Below the pieces are notes generated by a model, which was not told where the DNA came from, did no database searches, and saw nothing but the letters and a program-made list of their open reading frames with translations. A stretch of DNA of 64,000 nucleotides from Chiloscyllium plagiosum (Eukaryota): assembly GCF_004010195.1 (NCBI RefSeq), contig NC_057758.1, positions 3,091,819-3,155,818 on the forward strand, written 5' to 3'. Made by a program: the position numbers and the translations under genes. This document shows, piece by piece, positions 27,690 through 42,029 of the stretch; the first letter of the stretch is position 1; each line of letters starts with the position of its first letter.

Positions 27690-29280
27690 GGCAGAAAGGC
27701 ACTGGGTGATGACCAGCAGGAATAGTTATCAAGCAGACAAGACTCTCGTGTGGTCATTCCTGTCGCAAATAGATATACTGTTTCACATGTTGGGATGCAG
27801 TGTGGCCTCTAAAGTGAAAGTGACAATAAGGGCGAAATTCGTGGTTCAGCAATTCGCACTGTTCAACCGCAGTAAGTGGATAATTGCAGGTGATCAATAA
27901 CAATAGTGCACTTTATATGGCTACAAGCAGGAGTCCAGTTTTATGAGGTGCCTCGGCTGTTTCCACGGATAAGGCTATCTCTGAACAGATGCAGGATATT
28001 TTGGAAGGGCAGTTCTAGCAACATGGTCCATATTAGTATTAATGACAAGAGGGGAAATGACGATGACGTCATGTAAATGCAATTTGAGGAATTCTGTCAA
28101 ATTTAAAGAGTATGACCGCTCAGGTTGCAGTTTCGGGATGATTACCAGTACAAGGTGCATATGAAACATGAAAATGAAGATGATACTTTTGAAAACATGG
28201 CTAAAGAGGTTGTGTTGGAGGGACGGCTTCAGATCATTGAATCATTGAAATCGATTACAGAACATATAGTACGTATTCACGTAGGACAGATTGCATATAT
28301 ACTGAAGCGTCACCAATACCTTTCAGGGTCGTTTGCTCTCACTAGTCTGGAGAGTGTAAACGAGTGAAGCAAGGGGGTGTGAAATGTAATCGCTCAGCAT
28401 GTGAATTGATTGAGGATCAGGTCAATGTTAAAACAGATTGGTCCAATTGGAAGAACTGGCATGACAAGCTGAATGAACCCTCCGGCTTTGGCACTGAAAG
28501 TGTATTGATTTTAGTGCAAGGAGTATAAAAGGCAAGTCAGATGATATTAGAGCCGAAATCACTCCATGCGAATGTATTGTGACACCGATTACATGAACTT
28601 ATTTGAGAGAAGGTCAAGATGAGCAACTCAACCTTCCAGGATTTAAATGTTTTTGCCGAAATACGACAGCTTGTTAAAGGGGTGGGGAGATGCATTACGA
28701 TAAAGGTGAATGTCATAGCTGTACTTAGGATATCTTGGAGCGTTCGTTAATGCAAGCAATATATTTCCGATTAGCCAGTAGAAATATAGGAACATGTAGG
28801 TCAGATGAACATGGAAAGAAGGAAAAGCAGCAATGTTGTTCTATTGCGTGATCTTAACTTCCCAGAATAAACTGGAAATCTCTTAGAGCAGGAGGCTGAG
28901 ATGAGGCAACATTTGTTAGGTACATCTTGGAGGAATTATTGAAAAATAATTTCCCTAGTTGAGGCTCCAGTTAAAGAAAGGTTCTTACAAAACGTTGTAT
29001 TGGAAAATAATACTTACCAGCTAATCAAAGTTTCATCGACGAAAAGCATTGTGAACAGTGATCAAAATTATGAAAGATTGAAGACAGTAGCGAATGAAGA
29101 TGGGATTTGTCACGGGATGATAATGAGAAACTAAGTAATGATTAGTTTCAACAGTACAAGTCAGAAAGTGGAGAAAATGCATTGAAAACGGATGCATGAG
29201 AGAAAATGCACAACTGATGTGTGGGCGATTTTTGTATTTAAAGGCGAAATTATTAAAGCTTTTTAGGTGATGACTACGCA
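27690..29280 (+). mobile_element. Old CR1 5' region (esterase ORF1 and endonuclease), highly degenerate
   Basis: Remnants MVHISIND (ORF1) and LRDLNFPE*TG/GDFN-like (endonuclease), collinear with 61050-63320. Confidence 0.55.
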
Positions 29281-29284
29281 ATGA

Positions 29285-32200
29285 GTTAAGACTCATAAAA
29301 TGTTCCTCAAATGCAGGAATAGGTCTTGAACGTGCAATTTTATTACTGCCAGTTGTATTCCAGATATCTGACATGTATGATATAGCATTTGATAAGGTTC
29401 CCCATTGTCGACTTATGCGGAAAGTCAGGAGGCATGAAATAGTGGAAAATTTGGCCAGTTGGATAGAGGACTGGCTGACCGGTCGAAGTCAGAGAGTGGT
29501 GGTGGATGGTAAATATTCCGCCTGGAGCCCAGTTACAAGTGGAGTTCTGCAGGGATCAGTTCTGGGTCCTCTGCTGTTTGTAATTTTTATTAATGACTTG
29601 GAAGAGGGAGTCGAAGGATGGGTGAGTAAATTTGCAGACGATACGAGGATTGGTGGAGTTGTGGATACTGAGGAGTGCTGTTGTCGCTGCAAAGGGACTT
29701 AGACATGATGCAGAACTGGGCTGAGGAGTGGCAGATGGAGTTCAACCCTGTCAAGTGTGAGGTTGTCCGTTTTGGAAGGACAAATAAGAACGTGGAATAC
29801 AGGGTTAACGGTAGGGTTCTTAGTAAGGTGGAGGGATCTAAGGGTCTATGTTCATAGGTCTTTGAAAGTTGCCACTCAGGTGGATAGAGCTTGTAAGAAA
29901 GCCTATAGTGTATTAGCATTCATTAGGAGCGGGATTGAATTCAAGAGTCGTGAAGTGATGTTGCAGCTGTACAGGTCTTTGGTTAGGCCACATGTGGAGC
30001 ACTGTGTGCAGTTCTGGTCGCCTCATTTCAGGAAAGATGTGGAGGCTTTGGAGAGGTTGCAGAGGAGATTTACCAGGATGTTGCCTGGAATGGAGAATAG
30101 GTCGTACGAGGATAGGTGGAGAGTGCTAGGCCTTTTCTCGTTGGAACGGCGAAGGATGAGGGGTGACTTGATAGAGGTTTATAAGATGATCAGGGGAATA
30201 AATAGAGTGGGCAGTCAGAGACCTTTTCCCTGGGTACAACAGAGTGTTACAAGGGGACATAAATTTAAGGTGAAGGGTGGAAGGTATAGGGGGATGTCAG
30301 GGGGAGGTTCTTTACCCAGAGAGTGGTGGGGGCATGGAATGTGCTGCCTGTGGGAGTGACAGAGTCAGAATCATTGGTGACCTTTAAGCGGCAATTGGAT
30401 AAGTACATGGATAGGTGCTTATGCGAGGACAAATGTTCGGCACAACATCGTGGACCGAAGGGCCTGTTCTGTGCTATTTTGTTCTATGTTCTATGTTCCA
30501 TGTTCTAAATTCAACTACACCCTGGTACAATCCAGACCCGTAAACATCTTTTTGTATTTCAGCTTGAGTTTTTTTTCTCACTCGTGACTGTCCTCCTCAT
30601 GGCAACTCATGCACCACTCGCAATATGTCATTTTCATAACTCACTGCTAATATGAATTGATGAACTTCGGCCAATTTTTCATCTGCCTGAATATACTATG
30701 GTCTTAATTTCCTCATTAAGACATCATTGTTTTAAGATAATAACATTCATGGATACATTCTGATTTATTCTCTGTGTATGCGTCGTGATACGATTGCTTT
30801 AGATTTTCACCTTTCTGCTAGAACTCAGTTAATCTGAGCTAAAGGTGCCTGCATTGTCATGCATTTCCTCTTGATTTGTGTCAACCATCTGATCAGTGTT
30901 TCTGCTAAGTTAACTTGAAAGTTTGATCTCCAACTGGTGACCTTGTGCCCTAGTTACCACACAATCCGCAAAAAAACACAGGATATATGTCCTGCAGTAG
31001 TTCAGTTGCTTGAGTTTCCACTGGATTTTCAAACCGAGTAGGCAGCATCCTTACCTGTGAATCAGCTGTATAATTAGTACGGATAAGTTGTAATCCCGGA
31101 GCTGACTGTTTGTCCAGTACTCCTACCAGGAATTCTCCAATCTCACCTCACAAAACTGAACACTTCTTGTCTCACAGTGAGCTCCCATTGCGAGCACCTT
31201 TTCTGACAACTTACATTCAGAGGTACATGCCTCCTCATATTTCAACATTATAGATTGAGAGGATCTTGTAACTTTTAATATTGTAAACTTTTTACACGCA
31301 TCTCCTGGACTATGTGAGTTCACCTTAGCCAACCTCCGATCAGCTTGCACATTCTAATGCAACTTTTTAAGCCTGCACTGTGCGGTCCATTACCATTCGA
31401 TTAAAATTCACTGTTTTATCCTGTTTTCCTAACTGTGGCTTCCCAATGCTCTCCTTAACTCACTAAAACTGTGATTTCATGTGGCCTCCTTCAGGCAGTG
31501 AACACACAGCAACTTTGTCTGTCTCCTTAAAGGGTTTCCTTTTTAACCTGTGATATGTTATTCCTATCACTGAAATATGCCTTTCCCTTTCCACGTGAAG
31601 GATTTCTCTTACCCCAATTTCGATCCTTCATATGTTGAAATTGATAATAGAAACCAACCTTTGATTAATGAACCAACCCATAATCATCAGCCATTGCAGC
31701 TCTTAATTTTGCTGATTTAACTCTCTGCTGTTTCACATCCATTCTAACAACTTCAAAAAGTGAATTTTTGAACTCGTATCTCAGTTCAAATTTCTGAATA
31801 TCAAACCCCGTCTCTCTTTTCCTGTCCTCTCTCTTTTATCTCTCTCTCTCTCTTATTTATCTTATGCTCAAGCAGTTCATTCTTTTTTCTCTTTTGTCTG
31901 TTTTTAATCACAATTCAAACCGTTTCACTTCTAATTCCCTTACCTTGTCTGTTGCCTTTTACTCAAGTTGGTCCATTTCAATTGATTTTTAGCCACTTCT
32001 AAAAATTTTGTTTGCTTTTCCAACAAATTTAAATACTGCGCTGTTGCTGTACATTTCACTCCTTTCCTCATGAGGGATGCAACTCCAGCTTCAGTTTGGC
32101 TGCTATTTTCAGCAGCTTGGCGCTATTTTCCTTTTGCACCCCCACAAACCTCTAGACGACTGCATGAGCCATTGCTATCCCAGGAACTGTTAAACCGATT

Positions 32201-32930
32201 TCAACATAGAGAATCAAAAAGAAAAACTCTCTGGCTTTGAGTCAAACAACCCATTCCTATCTGGGATCTTTGGAACTAATTCCGGACGAGCTATCAACTT
32301 GTTAAAGACCACGATAGGCCACCTCAAATCATTTCAAGAAATTAGCCCAGATCCTAATTTTACTAGTTGTTTTAAACAGGTGTAACACGGATAATCAAGG
32401 ATGGATGCAATTGGACAAACCAATTAGTTTTAATCTTAACATAATTTATTTACCAGATTACCGAATGAAACACAAGCAACAGAGAAGTGTATACTGCATA
32501 CAAACGTGAACGTACCCTCCCCGAAAACCTAACAAATCATATCAACTTAATGATGCTATTTCCATACTTGCAACTAATCCAGATAAAAACCGCTTGGCAC
32601 CAAAGGGAAAATCAAATACAAGTTCTTATCGGAGAGAAGTCACAAAGAGATCCGCATAGACCTGCTTCTTTGGGGTCCAGCAGCTTTTACACACTACTAA
32701 AAACCAAACTAGCGTAATGCTGAGGTGGGAGCACTGCCCATTCATTGCACAAGTGTATTTTTCCCAAAAACATGAAAGTCTACTGCCTGTGGTAGTACTC
32801 GTTCGATATAATTAAATCGGCCCCAAAACCTTTCCAAGTCCAGACCTTTCGGAGTCTGTGTCTTTTACAATATCCTGTAAAAGAAAGGTCAAGCACCCAA
32901 TAATCTTGTTAAAAGTGTACCATCGTCACA
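29285..32930 (-). mobile_element. Gmr1-type Gypsy copy 4 (5' LTR 32930-32300, PBS, gag, PR, start of INT)
   Basis: LTR TGTGACGATG...TTTAACA; PBS-like TGATAGCTCGTCCGGA; ATG near 32173; PIPAFEEHF resumes beyond the CR1 insert. Confidence 0.8.
29385..30506 (+). mobile_element. Young 5'-truncated CR1 (RT C-term and tail) inserted in Gypsy copy 4 integrase
   Basis: AFDKVPH...[14 protein letters not shown]...KFADDT...LVRPHVEHCVQFWSPH...RMRGDLIEVYK; (TTCTATG)n. Confidence 0.95.
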
Positions 32931-35900
32931 CCTTCCATGTGTGACTGAAATGCCCATATCATTTGTACAAAATACACAATTGAGTAATCCGGAAATGGTT
33001 AGTTTCTGTCACGTGTCTTGCAGATTTTTCATTCCAAACAGCATGGATTTAGGCTGATGCAATCCATTCAGCGTTACTAAAGCCGAAGGTGACTTCACTA
33101 GTTCTGACAAAGATAACTGCGAGTATCGTCTGAGCAATCCAAATTGGAAATATGAGGTTTAGATTAGATAGATTACTTACAGTGTGGAAACAGGCCCAAC
33201 AAGTCCACACCGACCCGCCACCCACCCAGACCCATTCCCCTATATTTACCCCTTCACTTAACACTACGGGCAATTTAGCATGGCCAATTCACCTAACCTG
33301 CACATTTTTGGTTGGTGGGAAGAAACCGGAGGAAACCAACGCAGACACGGGGAGAATGTGCAAACTGCACACAGAGAGTCGCCTAAGGCGGGAACTGAAC
33401 CGGGATCTCTGGCGCTGGGCTGTAGCAGTGTTAACCACTGTGCCGCCCACTGAGACGCTTGTTGCACATTTAAAACACAATGTTCCAAGCATGGAATTGG
33501 AGAGGATATAGACTTTGTAACTGCATTGACGTTGCGTTGGTCCACACATCACTATTGTGTAACGTGTGGTTTTGGCACTGTTACTATGGGTGAGCGCCAG
33601 TCACTGCAACTCACTTCATTAAGACAGTCTTAGAACATGCGCTCAGTCTCCTTTCGAACGTGCGCCAAATTTGGAATGTTAAGCTGATAAGGATGTTGCT
33701 TCAAAGAAGCAAACTTTCCTGTATGTAAATCATACATCATTAGGTTGTCACTTTTCAGCATATTTCCACATATCCCCCTGTACATTTGCATCAACTCTTT
33801 TCGGTGTTTTCAGTTTTCCTCTGGAATGTAACTCAACAATTTATTTCAATTTTAGACAACTTTCTCATTGTCCAACTTAATTTGAGGAATGTCTAATTCT
33901 GAATTCTCTGAAGTTGGCTGTTTACTCTGTGTTGTAACCATTAACACAGCCTCTTTTTCTTCCCAACGTGTCAAAGTAGATTTGGAGCATATTGACAAAA
34001 CCTGTGAATTGTCTTTTTTTGTCTGGAATCCTTGTCAAATAGTTCACCTGACACAATCTCCTTTCCAGTTATCAAGATCTACTAAACCTTACTTTTAAAA
34101 GTTCACCTTTACTGCAATGATCCTAACACACTGTCTGCGATAGGAAACATCCGAATTTTTGATATTTTTGTCTGCTTCTTGTTCATTGTATGTTGTGACA
34201 ATTTTAAATGCTCCCCAACCAACTCATCGCTCTATTTCATTATTCCCTAAAACTTGACACATAATTCAAATGAATGGTCTCTAAATTTTGCCTCACCAAT
34301 TTCTCCTTTACCAGTTTTATTGTTCTTCTCACTTCATGCTCAATACGTGTCTTAAATGAACTGAACTTGATTGATTAATTTAGTCACCTCTGATGGCAGA
34401 AAGCTACAAACGGAATTCCTTGTACAAGTCATCAGGATAATCTTGTGTATAAGTTTAACGTGGTACTTAATGTCTGATGCTACCTTTCTGGCAGTCTCTG
34501 AAATTCTGGATAGTACGCAGTGGATTTGTATTTTTTTTTCCGAGGATGTCATACCTCCCTTGAATAATGATGATGTAAAATTTGACCCTTGATCTGATTG
34601 TATCTCTGTGGGTCGTCCGTACATAGTGAAAAAAAAAGTAACTCCTCGACAATTGTTTGACCTGTGATACTGCATGACACAATTGATTCTGGATATCCAG
34701 CTGGCTCATCCATTATTGTTAACAAATACTGATTCTTATTTTTTGCTTTAGTGAGGGGTCCTACGAAATCAATTCCAACTCTTGTAAAAGTTTCCTCAAA
34801 TGCAGGAATGGGTATTAAAAGTGCGGGTTTTACTACTGTCTGCGGTTTTCCCACTACCTGACATGTATGACATATCTTGCAAACTGCAAGTATATGTTTG
34901 TGCTGTGCAGGCCAGTCAAAACGTTTTAGTGTATTAGTTTGAGATTTTTTTTCACCCTTCAATCACTATTGGTAGTTCATGCGCCAGCCACAACACCTCC
35001 ATTCTATAACCCACTACCACTACGACTTGATTAACTTCTGCCATGGCCTCCTCTGTCTAGCTTTGTGAGAGTCTCTATTTCCTCATTAAGACATTATTTT
35101 GAATGTAATAGCACTCAGGGCTACATTCAAATTCTCCTGGGTATGCTGCTCTGATACAATTGCTTCAGTTGTGGAACATGTTGGCATTCACCTGCTTTTG
35201 TTTTACCTCAAACATTGATCAAACATGGTCTTTGACAATTCTATTTCAACTTCCTTACCTGTAATCTTTGATCGCTTCTGTTTGAAATGGTGACTTTGTG
35301 ACCACGTTACTGCACAGTCAGGAAAACATTCCAGGATATGCTTTACTTGATCGTGTAGTTGCGTGATTTTCCCCTGCCTTTTAACCACAGCAGATATTAC
35401 TCTCTACCTATGAATCAACTACATTAGCAGCAAGGAAAAAAATTATTCCTGGAGCTGAGCGTTTGCCGAGTAGTAACAAGATTTCTCGACCTTTCATTGG
35501 ACATTCCACCTTCACTTTTACATAACTGAGCGCTTCTTACCTAATCGTAAATTCTCGATACTCGCATCTTTTCTGTAAATAGTCATTCTGAAGTACACAT
35601 CTCTATGTCTCTCGACATCAAATATTGACGTGATCCTGTATCTCTTACTATTGCAAAGTATTTACCTGCTGCTCCGGGCCTATATGAGTAAACTTTATCT
35701 TCTCAATTATTTTGTTTAAGAAGATCTCGCACTCCCTCCTTAAGCAACCTTCAATCATGATGTATATTCTGGTGCAGCTTTTTCGTCTCCATTATGCTTT
35801 CCATCACCACTCCAACTAAAATTGATTTACTTATCCTGCATCCGTCTTCGCAGTTCTTTTTCTAACAATGTGACCTACTTTATTGCAGTGAAAAGGCCAA

Positions 35901-37235
35901 AGCCTTTAAACTTCCATTTCCCCTTCATGGCTTCTTCTTTACATAGTTGTAATTTATCTTTACCATCTTTTTCGATATCTAGCTTTCCTTTACCACGTGA
36001 GAGTTACTCTTATCCCAAAATTCTATCCCTCACGAATTGAAATTGAAAATGGAAAAGAAAACTTGATTCATACAACAGGTTATAATTATTAGCCATTTCA
36101 TCTTATAATCGTGCGTTTTAGCTGTCTGGTCTTCCACGTGGGTTCTCACTTCCTCAAGAAGTGATTTTTTGAAATCCTGGGAAATAATTGTCTCTCTAAA
36201 TGTGTGCGCTATTTTCAATGCCCTTATCCATTGATCAAAATTAGTTGGTTTGATCTTTTCAAACTTAACGTATGCTTGACCAGGATCCCTACTTAGATTC
36301 CTGAAATGCTTTGTGTGGGCTTCTGGCATAAGATCATACACACCTAAGAAGGCTTTCTTTATCCCCCTCATACGCCCCGATACCTCTTCGGATAGCGATG
36401 CAAATACCTCACGAGATCTACCTTACAGCTCTGTTTCAGTCAAGAAACACACGTCATCATCAACCACTTCATTTGTGGAGGCACCGGATCGAATGAGATG
36501 AAGCAGTCTTCTTGATCCTTCTCATCAAATTTAGGCAATGCTTGAATATGTTCAAATAGGTCCCCCTCCAAGCCTTCGGCTACGCTGAGTTTGCTCATCC
36601 TCTCTATCTTCCTGGCTAAGCCTACCTTCGACTTTCATTTCCATCCTTTTAAGCCGACGTTCTTGTTTAATTGCCAATTTTTGAAGTTCAAATGCTGTCT
36701 CTTTCTCCCTTTCCTTTCTCTATATTTCCATTTACTCATTTCTGTTTCTCCCTTTCTTCTTCTAGTGCCTTCCTCTTATTTTTTTTAACCTGCGAAAGCG
36801 ATTCTGTCCTCATCGTTTAGTTCATCTTGGGTGATTCATTCAATTTCTGTTTCCGCTGCTATTGTTTCGTTTCTTTCTCATTTGCAAGCAAACCCATCTA
36901 CAAAGATTATCGTTGCATTTCCAGGAAATTTAAATCTTGTAGTTCACTCTCCTGTTGTCACAAATGAAGGCAACCTCAACTCCAACTTCACTGCCAACTC
37001 CAGCAAGCTTGCCTCGTTAACATTTTGTAAAATGCCCTGAAGTCACTTCCTCCAACCCCAGAAAAACCTCAGTGACTGAAGGAGCCATAACTACATCAAG
37101 CACTATTTAAATCAAACGAATTGAACACCGTGAACAGAATAAACTGACACCTATAAATTCCCGCCTTTGATTTCAACAATCCAAAACCCAAATTGGAATT
37201 ATTCAAAAAATCTCGATAAGAGCCCACAGTCTATC
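32931..37235 (-). mobile_element. Gmr1-type Gypsy copy 3 (gag, PR, INT, RT), degenerate
   Basis: ATG at 37088 (MAPSVTEVFLG); SCAN-like gag 36371-36030; CHTCQVVGKP...IDFVGPL...YLLTIMD; PTEIQSDQGSNF; then RT (KQHPYQ, MLFGMK). Confidence 0.88.
33158..33450 (-). mobile_element. HE1-type SINE in Gypsy copy 3 RT
   Basis: Same head, V-domain and tail motifs. Confidence 0.9.
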
Positions 37236-37299
37236 AGCCCAGAATCTCTGATGGCTACAGTTCATATGGTTGCCCAGATCGTATCTTTGCCTTATTTTG

Positions 37300-39730
37300 A
37301 ATCATGAAAACATTGACAATTCATGTTAAGAAGAATTTGGAGGAATTTTAGACAAACATTAAGAACAAGTGGGTAAAGAGAGAAAGAGCTAGTGCACTCA
37401 GGTACAAAGTTACTGAATCTTTGTGTAGTTCCAAAAGAAGTGGGGAATGTGCTTGATGCGTTTGTCACATTGATATTCATGTGGAAGAAGAACGTGGGCT
37501 CTGGTAAGATTAGGGAGGAGTATGTTTATATTCATGGGCATGTCGAAATTAAGTAGGAGGAGCTGTTTTAAATCTTGGTAAAACATTAAAGTAGATAGGA
37601 CCCGAGCACATGAAGGGTTCTATCGTAGAAGGCTGAAGCAGACAAAAGAAGAGATTGCTTGAGCCCTGACATAGATGCACGTGTCCTATTTCGGCTTAGG
37701 TGAGCTTCTGTAAGACTGTGTAACAACTAATGTTGGCTTTTTTTAGTATAGTTTCAGATACAATCTAGGATATTGTCGGCTGGTGACGCCAACATCAGTA
37801 TTGAGGAAATCATTGCAAAATACATTACATCAAGACTTACTCGCATTGAGAGGGGATCAGCCTTTATTCGATTTTATCAGCATGGTTTTACTCTTGCCTC
37901 ACAAATATGTTGATGTCTTTATGAGGAAGTTTGCCTGGTTATTTATGAGGAGAGAGCTGAGGATATTATTTAACTGGACATTTCTAAGGTATTTGACAAT
38001 GTCCCCCCGGTAAGCTATTCAAGAAGATTAAGTCATATGAGATTCACCATAAGTTGGCAATTTGAATACAAAACTGGATTGGTTATAGAAGGTAGAGGAT
38101 AGTGATGGAGTGATGTTTCCCTTTCGTGGTATGTGAGCTGAAAATGTAAGTGTTCGGACCAGTAAATTTTCAGAAGATGAAAAAATAGGCGGAGTTATGG
38201 ATAGCAACTGTGAATGGAAAATGATAAACCAGGATACATCTCAGACAGAAATCTGGGCAGCGAAGTGGCAGATAGAATTTAGTCCAGTCAAATGTGTGGT
38301 GATACAATTTGAAAGTCATGGGCAAGAGAAATATATGGACCAAAAGACAAGAAACTTGGGAGAATTGATATTCGGAAACATAGCTCACTGAAATTTTCAA
38401 AAACGTGATAAAGAAGTACACGCGATTGCCTTCAGTAGAGGGGCGCTTAGTTTAGAAGGTGGTAAGTCATGTTGCAGGCGTTTAAGACTATTTCAGCAGC
38501 ATTTCAGAATATCGTGTGCACTTCTGTATGCCACACTGTAGGAGCTTGTCAAGGTTTTACGGTGAACGCAATGTAGGTTTTCTCAAATGCTGCCTGAACT
38601 GGACTGTTTCAACTATAAGGCTGCATCCGAGGAGCAAGCGAATCGACGTTTCATGCGTAAGCCCTTCATCAGAATCCTCTGAGAATGTAAAACAGGAGAG
38701 GTCTTTTGTAGGTGTGGGAGGTCGTGGCCCTAACCTGGGCAGGGCTGACTGTAGGGAAATTAGTTGGTGGCGCATGGCTGCGAGTGTGGAGTGGAGGATC
38801 CAGCAAGAGAACCTTTTCATGCGGGTTTTGGATTTGTAGTAAGCACTGGTTGTCTTGCTCAGTTTCACAATTTTCTGGTCTGAATGTAGTCGGGAGCCCA
38901 CACAAGATCACTAAATTAGGTCGGAGGCGCTGATGTTCCAGTTGTGGAAGTGGTAGCGAGTCTGCTTCATGATGTGGCTGACGAGCTTCGAAAAAGAGGA
39001 TATGACCTGGGGACGTGCAGTGAGAGAGGCAGACTCACTGCAATCTTTTTAGAGAGAGGAGGAGAATTCCTTCATGGTCGGCATCCTTGGAAGAGGTTTC
39101 ACATCAGATTTTAAATCAATAAAGAGAGTGAGAACTACAATCGCACGAGGTCAGAGTCAAGAGTGTGTGCTGGAAAAGAACGTCAGGCCAGGCAGAACCC
39201 GAGGAGCAGGAGAATCGATGTTTCAGGCATAAACCATTCATCCCTGACTTGACTCTGATCTCCAGCATCTGCAGTCCTCACTTTCTCCTGAATCAACTAT
39301 GTGGAGAGATTGGACCAACTTGTATTGCTTTGGATAGAGCGTCAGAGGCTGAGGGACTATGATGGAGATAATAGAGGCTGATGGAGCGTATGCAATTATA
39401 ATTGAAATGGATAAGGGGGATGGTTGGTGAAAAGTTGTTTCCCAGGATGGAAAGTTCAAATACTCAAGTGTGGGAGAACAAATGTTTGAAACAGATGTGC
39501 GATTATTTTTGTTTAATTACAGAGGATGGTAGGTGCCTGGAATGTGAAACCAGCGAGGCAGTTGCTTTAGCGAAAATTAAGACATATTTCACAGACATAT
39601 AACAGACAGATAATAGACAGCTTAGAAGATGAAACCTGTTTGGGTGGATGTGATTAGTTTATAAAGATATCATTGTCGGCACAAACAGAGTGCTTCAATT
39701 GACGTGCTCTTGTGTCGTACTGGTCTAAAT
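37300..39730 (+). mobile_element. Old CR1 ORF2 and 3' end, split by a PLE
   Basis: WAAKWQIEFSPVKC and FPRMESSNT remnants. Confidence 0.7.
38617..39292 (-). mobile_element. PLE deletion derivative (pLTR, ORF N-terminus, pLTR)
   Basis: 8-bp TSD tcaactat (38609-38616 and 39293-39300); two tandem minus pLTRs flanking ILHSTLAAMRHQLISLQ; short inverted pLTR end. Confidence 0.75.
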
Positions 39731-40869
39731 TTAATCTTGTAGAAGAAGTAAAAATCAGTAAAATGTCACGGACGATGGTAGGGCTTTGAAATCCACTGCG
39801 TGAAAGAATAATAGAGGCGGTTCACTTCACAAATTCTGAAAGATACTTGGATTTAGTTTTGAAATGCCATGTCTAAGCACTGAGTCGAGTGAGTCGGAAG
39901 ATATTAGATCATTTTAGAGGCAAACAACTTATCGGCCGCATGGTCCTCCTGTAATGTGTGTTGAAATGACTCGATGAACACAACAGGGATATAAATTGAA
40001 AAATAACTGTTCACTCTTGTGGCGAAATAGGGATATGCCGTTATTGGGATGGAGTGGACAAAGTCAGATGTCAAGCAACACCAATTTATAGTCCCACCAG
40101 TTTATTTGAAATCATAAGTTTCCGTCAGGTGACATCAGCCACTTCATCTGACGAAGGACCAGCGCTCTGAAATCTTGTGAATTCAAACGCACCTGATGGG
40201 CTATAACTAAATGCTGTGTAGCTTGAAATATATCATACTCGTAATTAAATGTAGAATTTAGTTATTCAGCAAATGGGAAGAAAGCAAGAACTGCTGCTCC
40301 TGGAAATCTGAAACAAGACAGAAAACACAACCTTATAAACTGGAAAAGGATCCCCGGACTCGAAATGCTTCACATCTTTCACTCTTAAGATGCTTCAAGA
40401 TCTGCTGGGTTTCTCAGGAAGAAGTAATATCAATATTCCTTTGCCATTGCGTTTGAGTACGAATTTCGGAAACAATTATTTCAAATATACATCGCTTCTG
40501 ATACCACACTTTTAACATCCCACTGTCTTTCTCTCGTTATTTAAGAAGAGACGTATTTTTAAAAATAAGTTTGCAAAATCTTGACTTACCATTCTGATTT
40601 AGCTGAAACATTTTGCAAATATCTAAAGTCATTGTTACTACACTTTATGCAAAAGCACTCTCGCATTTTTCACAATGAAGACGTGAAGATAATTGGTCTA
40701 CATTTGCTTTTCATTCTGCTTCAGTTATTCGTGTTTAAACTTTTCCTATGACTGTTCAATATTAATGCAATATCTCAAGCACCGGAGCATTGGTGTGGAA
40801 GTGGTAATAAGTAAATGCTGCAATATTCCATAATATCCTTTCTTAAACTTACAGAACTACCATGATGTT

Positions 40870-41900
40870 TGAGTCATAGCGTCATAGTGTACAACAGGTC
40901 GGAGACAGGCACTATGGCCCAAACAGGTTCATACCAGCGAAAATGTTCGTTCATGCTAATCCCATTTCTCTGCTCTTGGTCCTAATCCTTCACAACCTTT
41001 CCTACCCATTTGTTTGGCCAAATATTTTTTTTCAGTGTTGTTAATATACTCAACTTGTGCTAGCATCTCATTCCACATGGGTACCACCATTGTGTAAAAA
41101 ACAATCCCCCTCAGGTTGCCTTTTATACTTTCACCTCTATCCTTGAATTTATGCCCTCTACTCCTTAATTCCCCAACCCTGGGAAAGAGACGGAGTTTGT
41201 TCATTCTCTCATGGTGTTATATACAGCTAAAAGGTCACACCTTAAAAACAAGTCTAGGTTTGTCCAACCTCTCCTATATCTCAGACCTTTGAGTCCTGGC
41301 AACATTCTTGTGAATTTTGCCTGAACTCTTTTCAGTTTACTAACATACTTCCTATAACAAGGAAACTAAAACTGAACATTCTACTCACTCTTACACCCTC
41401 ACCAACGTCCTGTATAACTGCAAAACAACTTCCCAACTTCAGTGCTCAAGGCCATGACTGATGAAGACAAGTGTACCAAAAGCTTTTGTCATTGTCCTGT
41501 CAACCTCTGACTCGACTTTAAGGGAATTGTGAATCTCAACTCCCAGATCACTCTACTGCACTAAACTCTTTAAAACCCTGTGCTTCACTATGAAATCCCT
41601 GCCTTCGTTTGACATTCCAAAATGCAAGACATGACATCTATATTAAACACCTTTTGCCATTTCTTGGCCCAGTTCCCCTGCTGATTATTGTCCTGCTGCA
41701 ATTCCTGATAGTCTTCCTCGCTATCCACGATACCACCTGTTTTAATGTCATCAACAAACTTACTAATCATACTTTGTACATTCTCATCCAAATCATTGAA
41801 ATAGGTGACAAACAATAATGGGCCCAGTACCTATCGCTGAGGTACTCCACTAGTCTGACGAGTATCATTCAATTATTACCCTCTGCTTCCTACAATCAAG
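40870..41900 (-). mobile_element. CR1 RT and 3' end
   Basis: YFNDLDENVQSMISKFVDD; RSRGHKFK. Confidence 0.85.
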
Positions 41901-42029
41901 GTAATTTTTTATTAAGTTGAAATTACTTGATTACTCTTTCCGATGAGTTCTTGAGGACTGTAACAAAACAATCTGTATTTACACAGCCAGTATCATAATG
42001 CAAATATTAGGTATCTTCCAGCACGTTTG

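Noticed and set aside
29757..30359. 200-aa ORF as a host gene or active RT
   Set aside because: C-terminal piece of a 5'-truncated, frameshifted CR1 ORF2.
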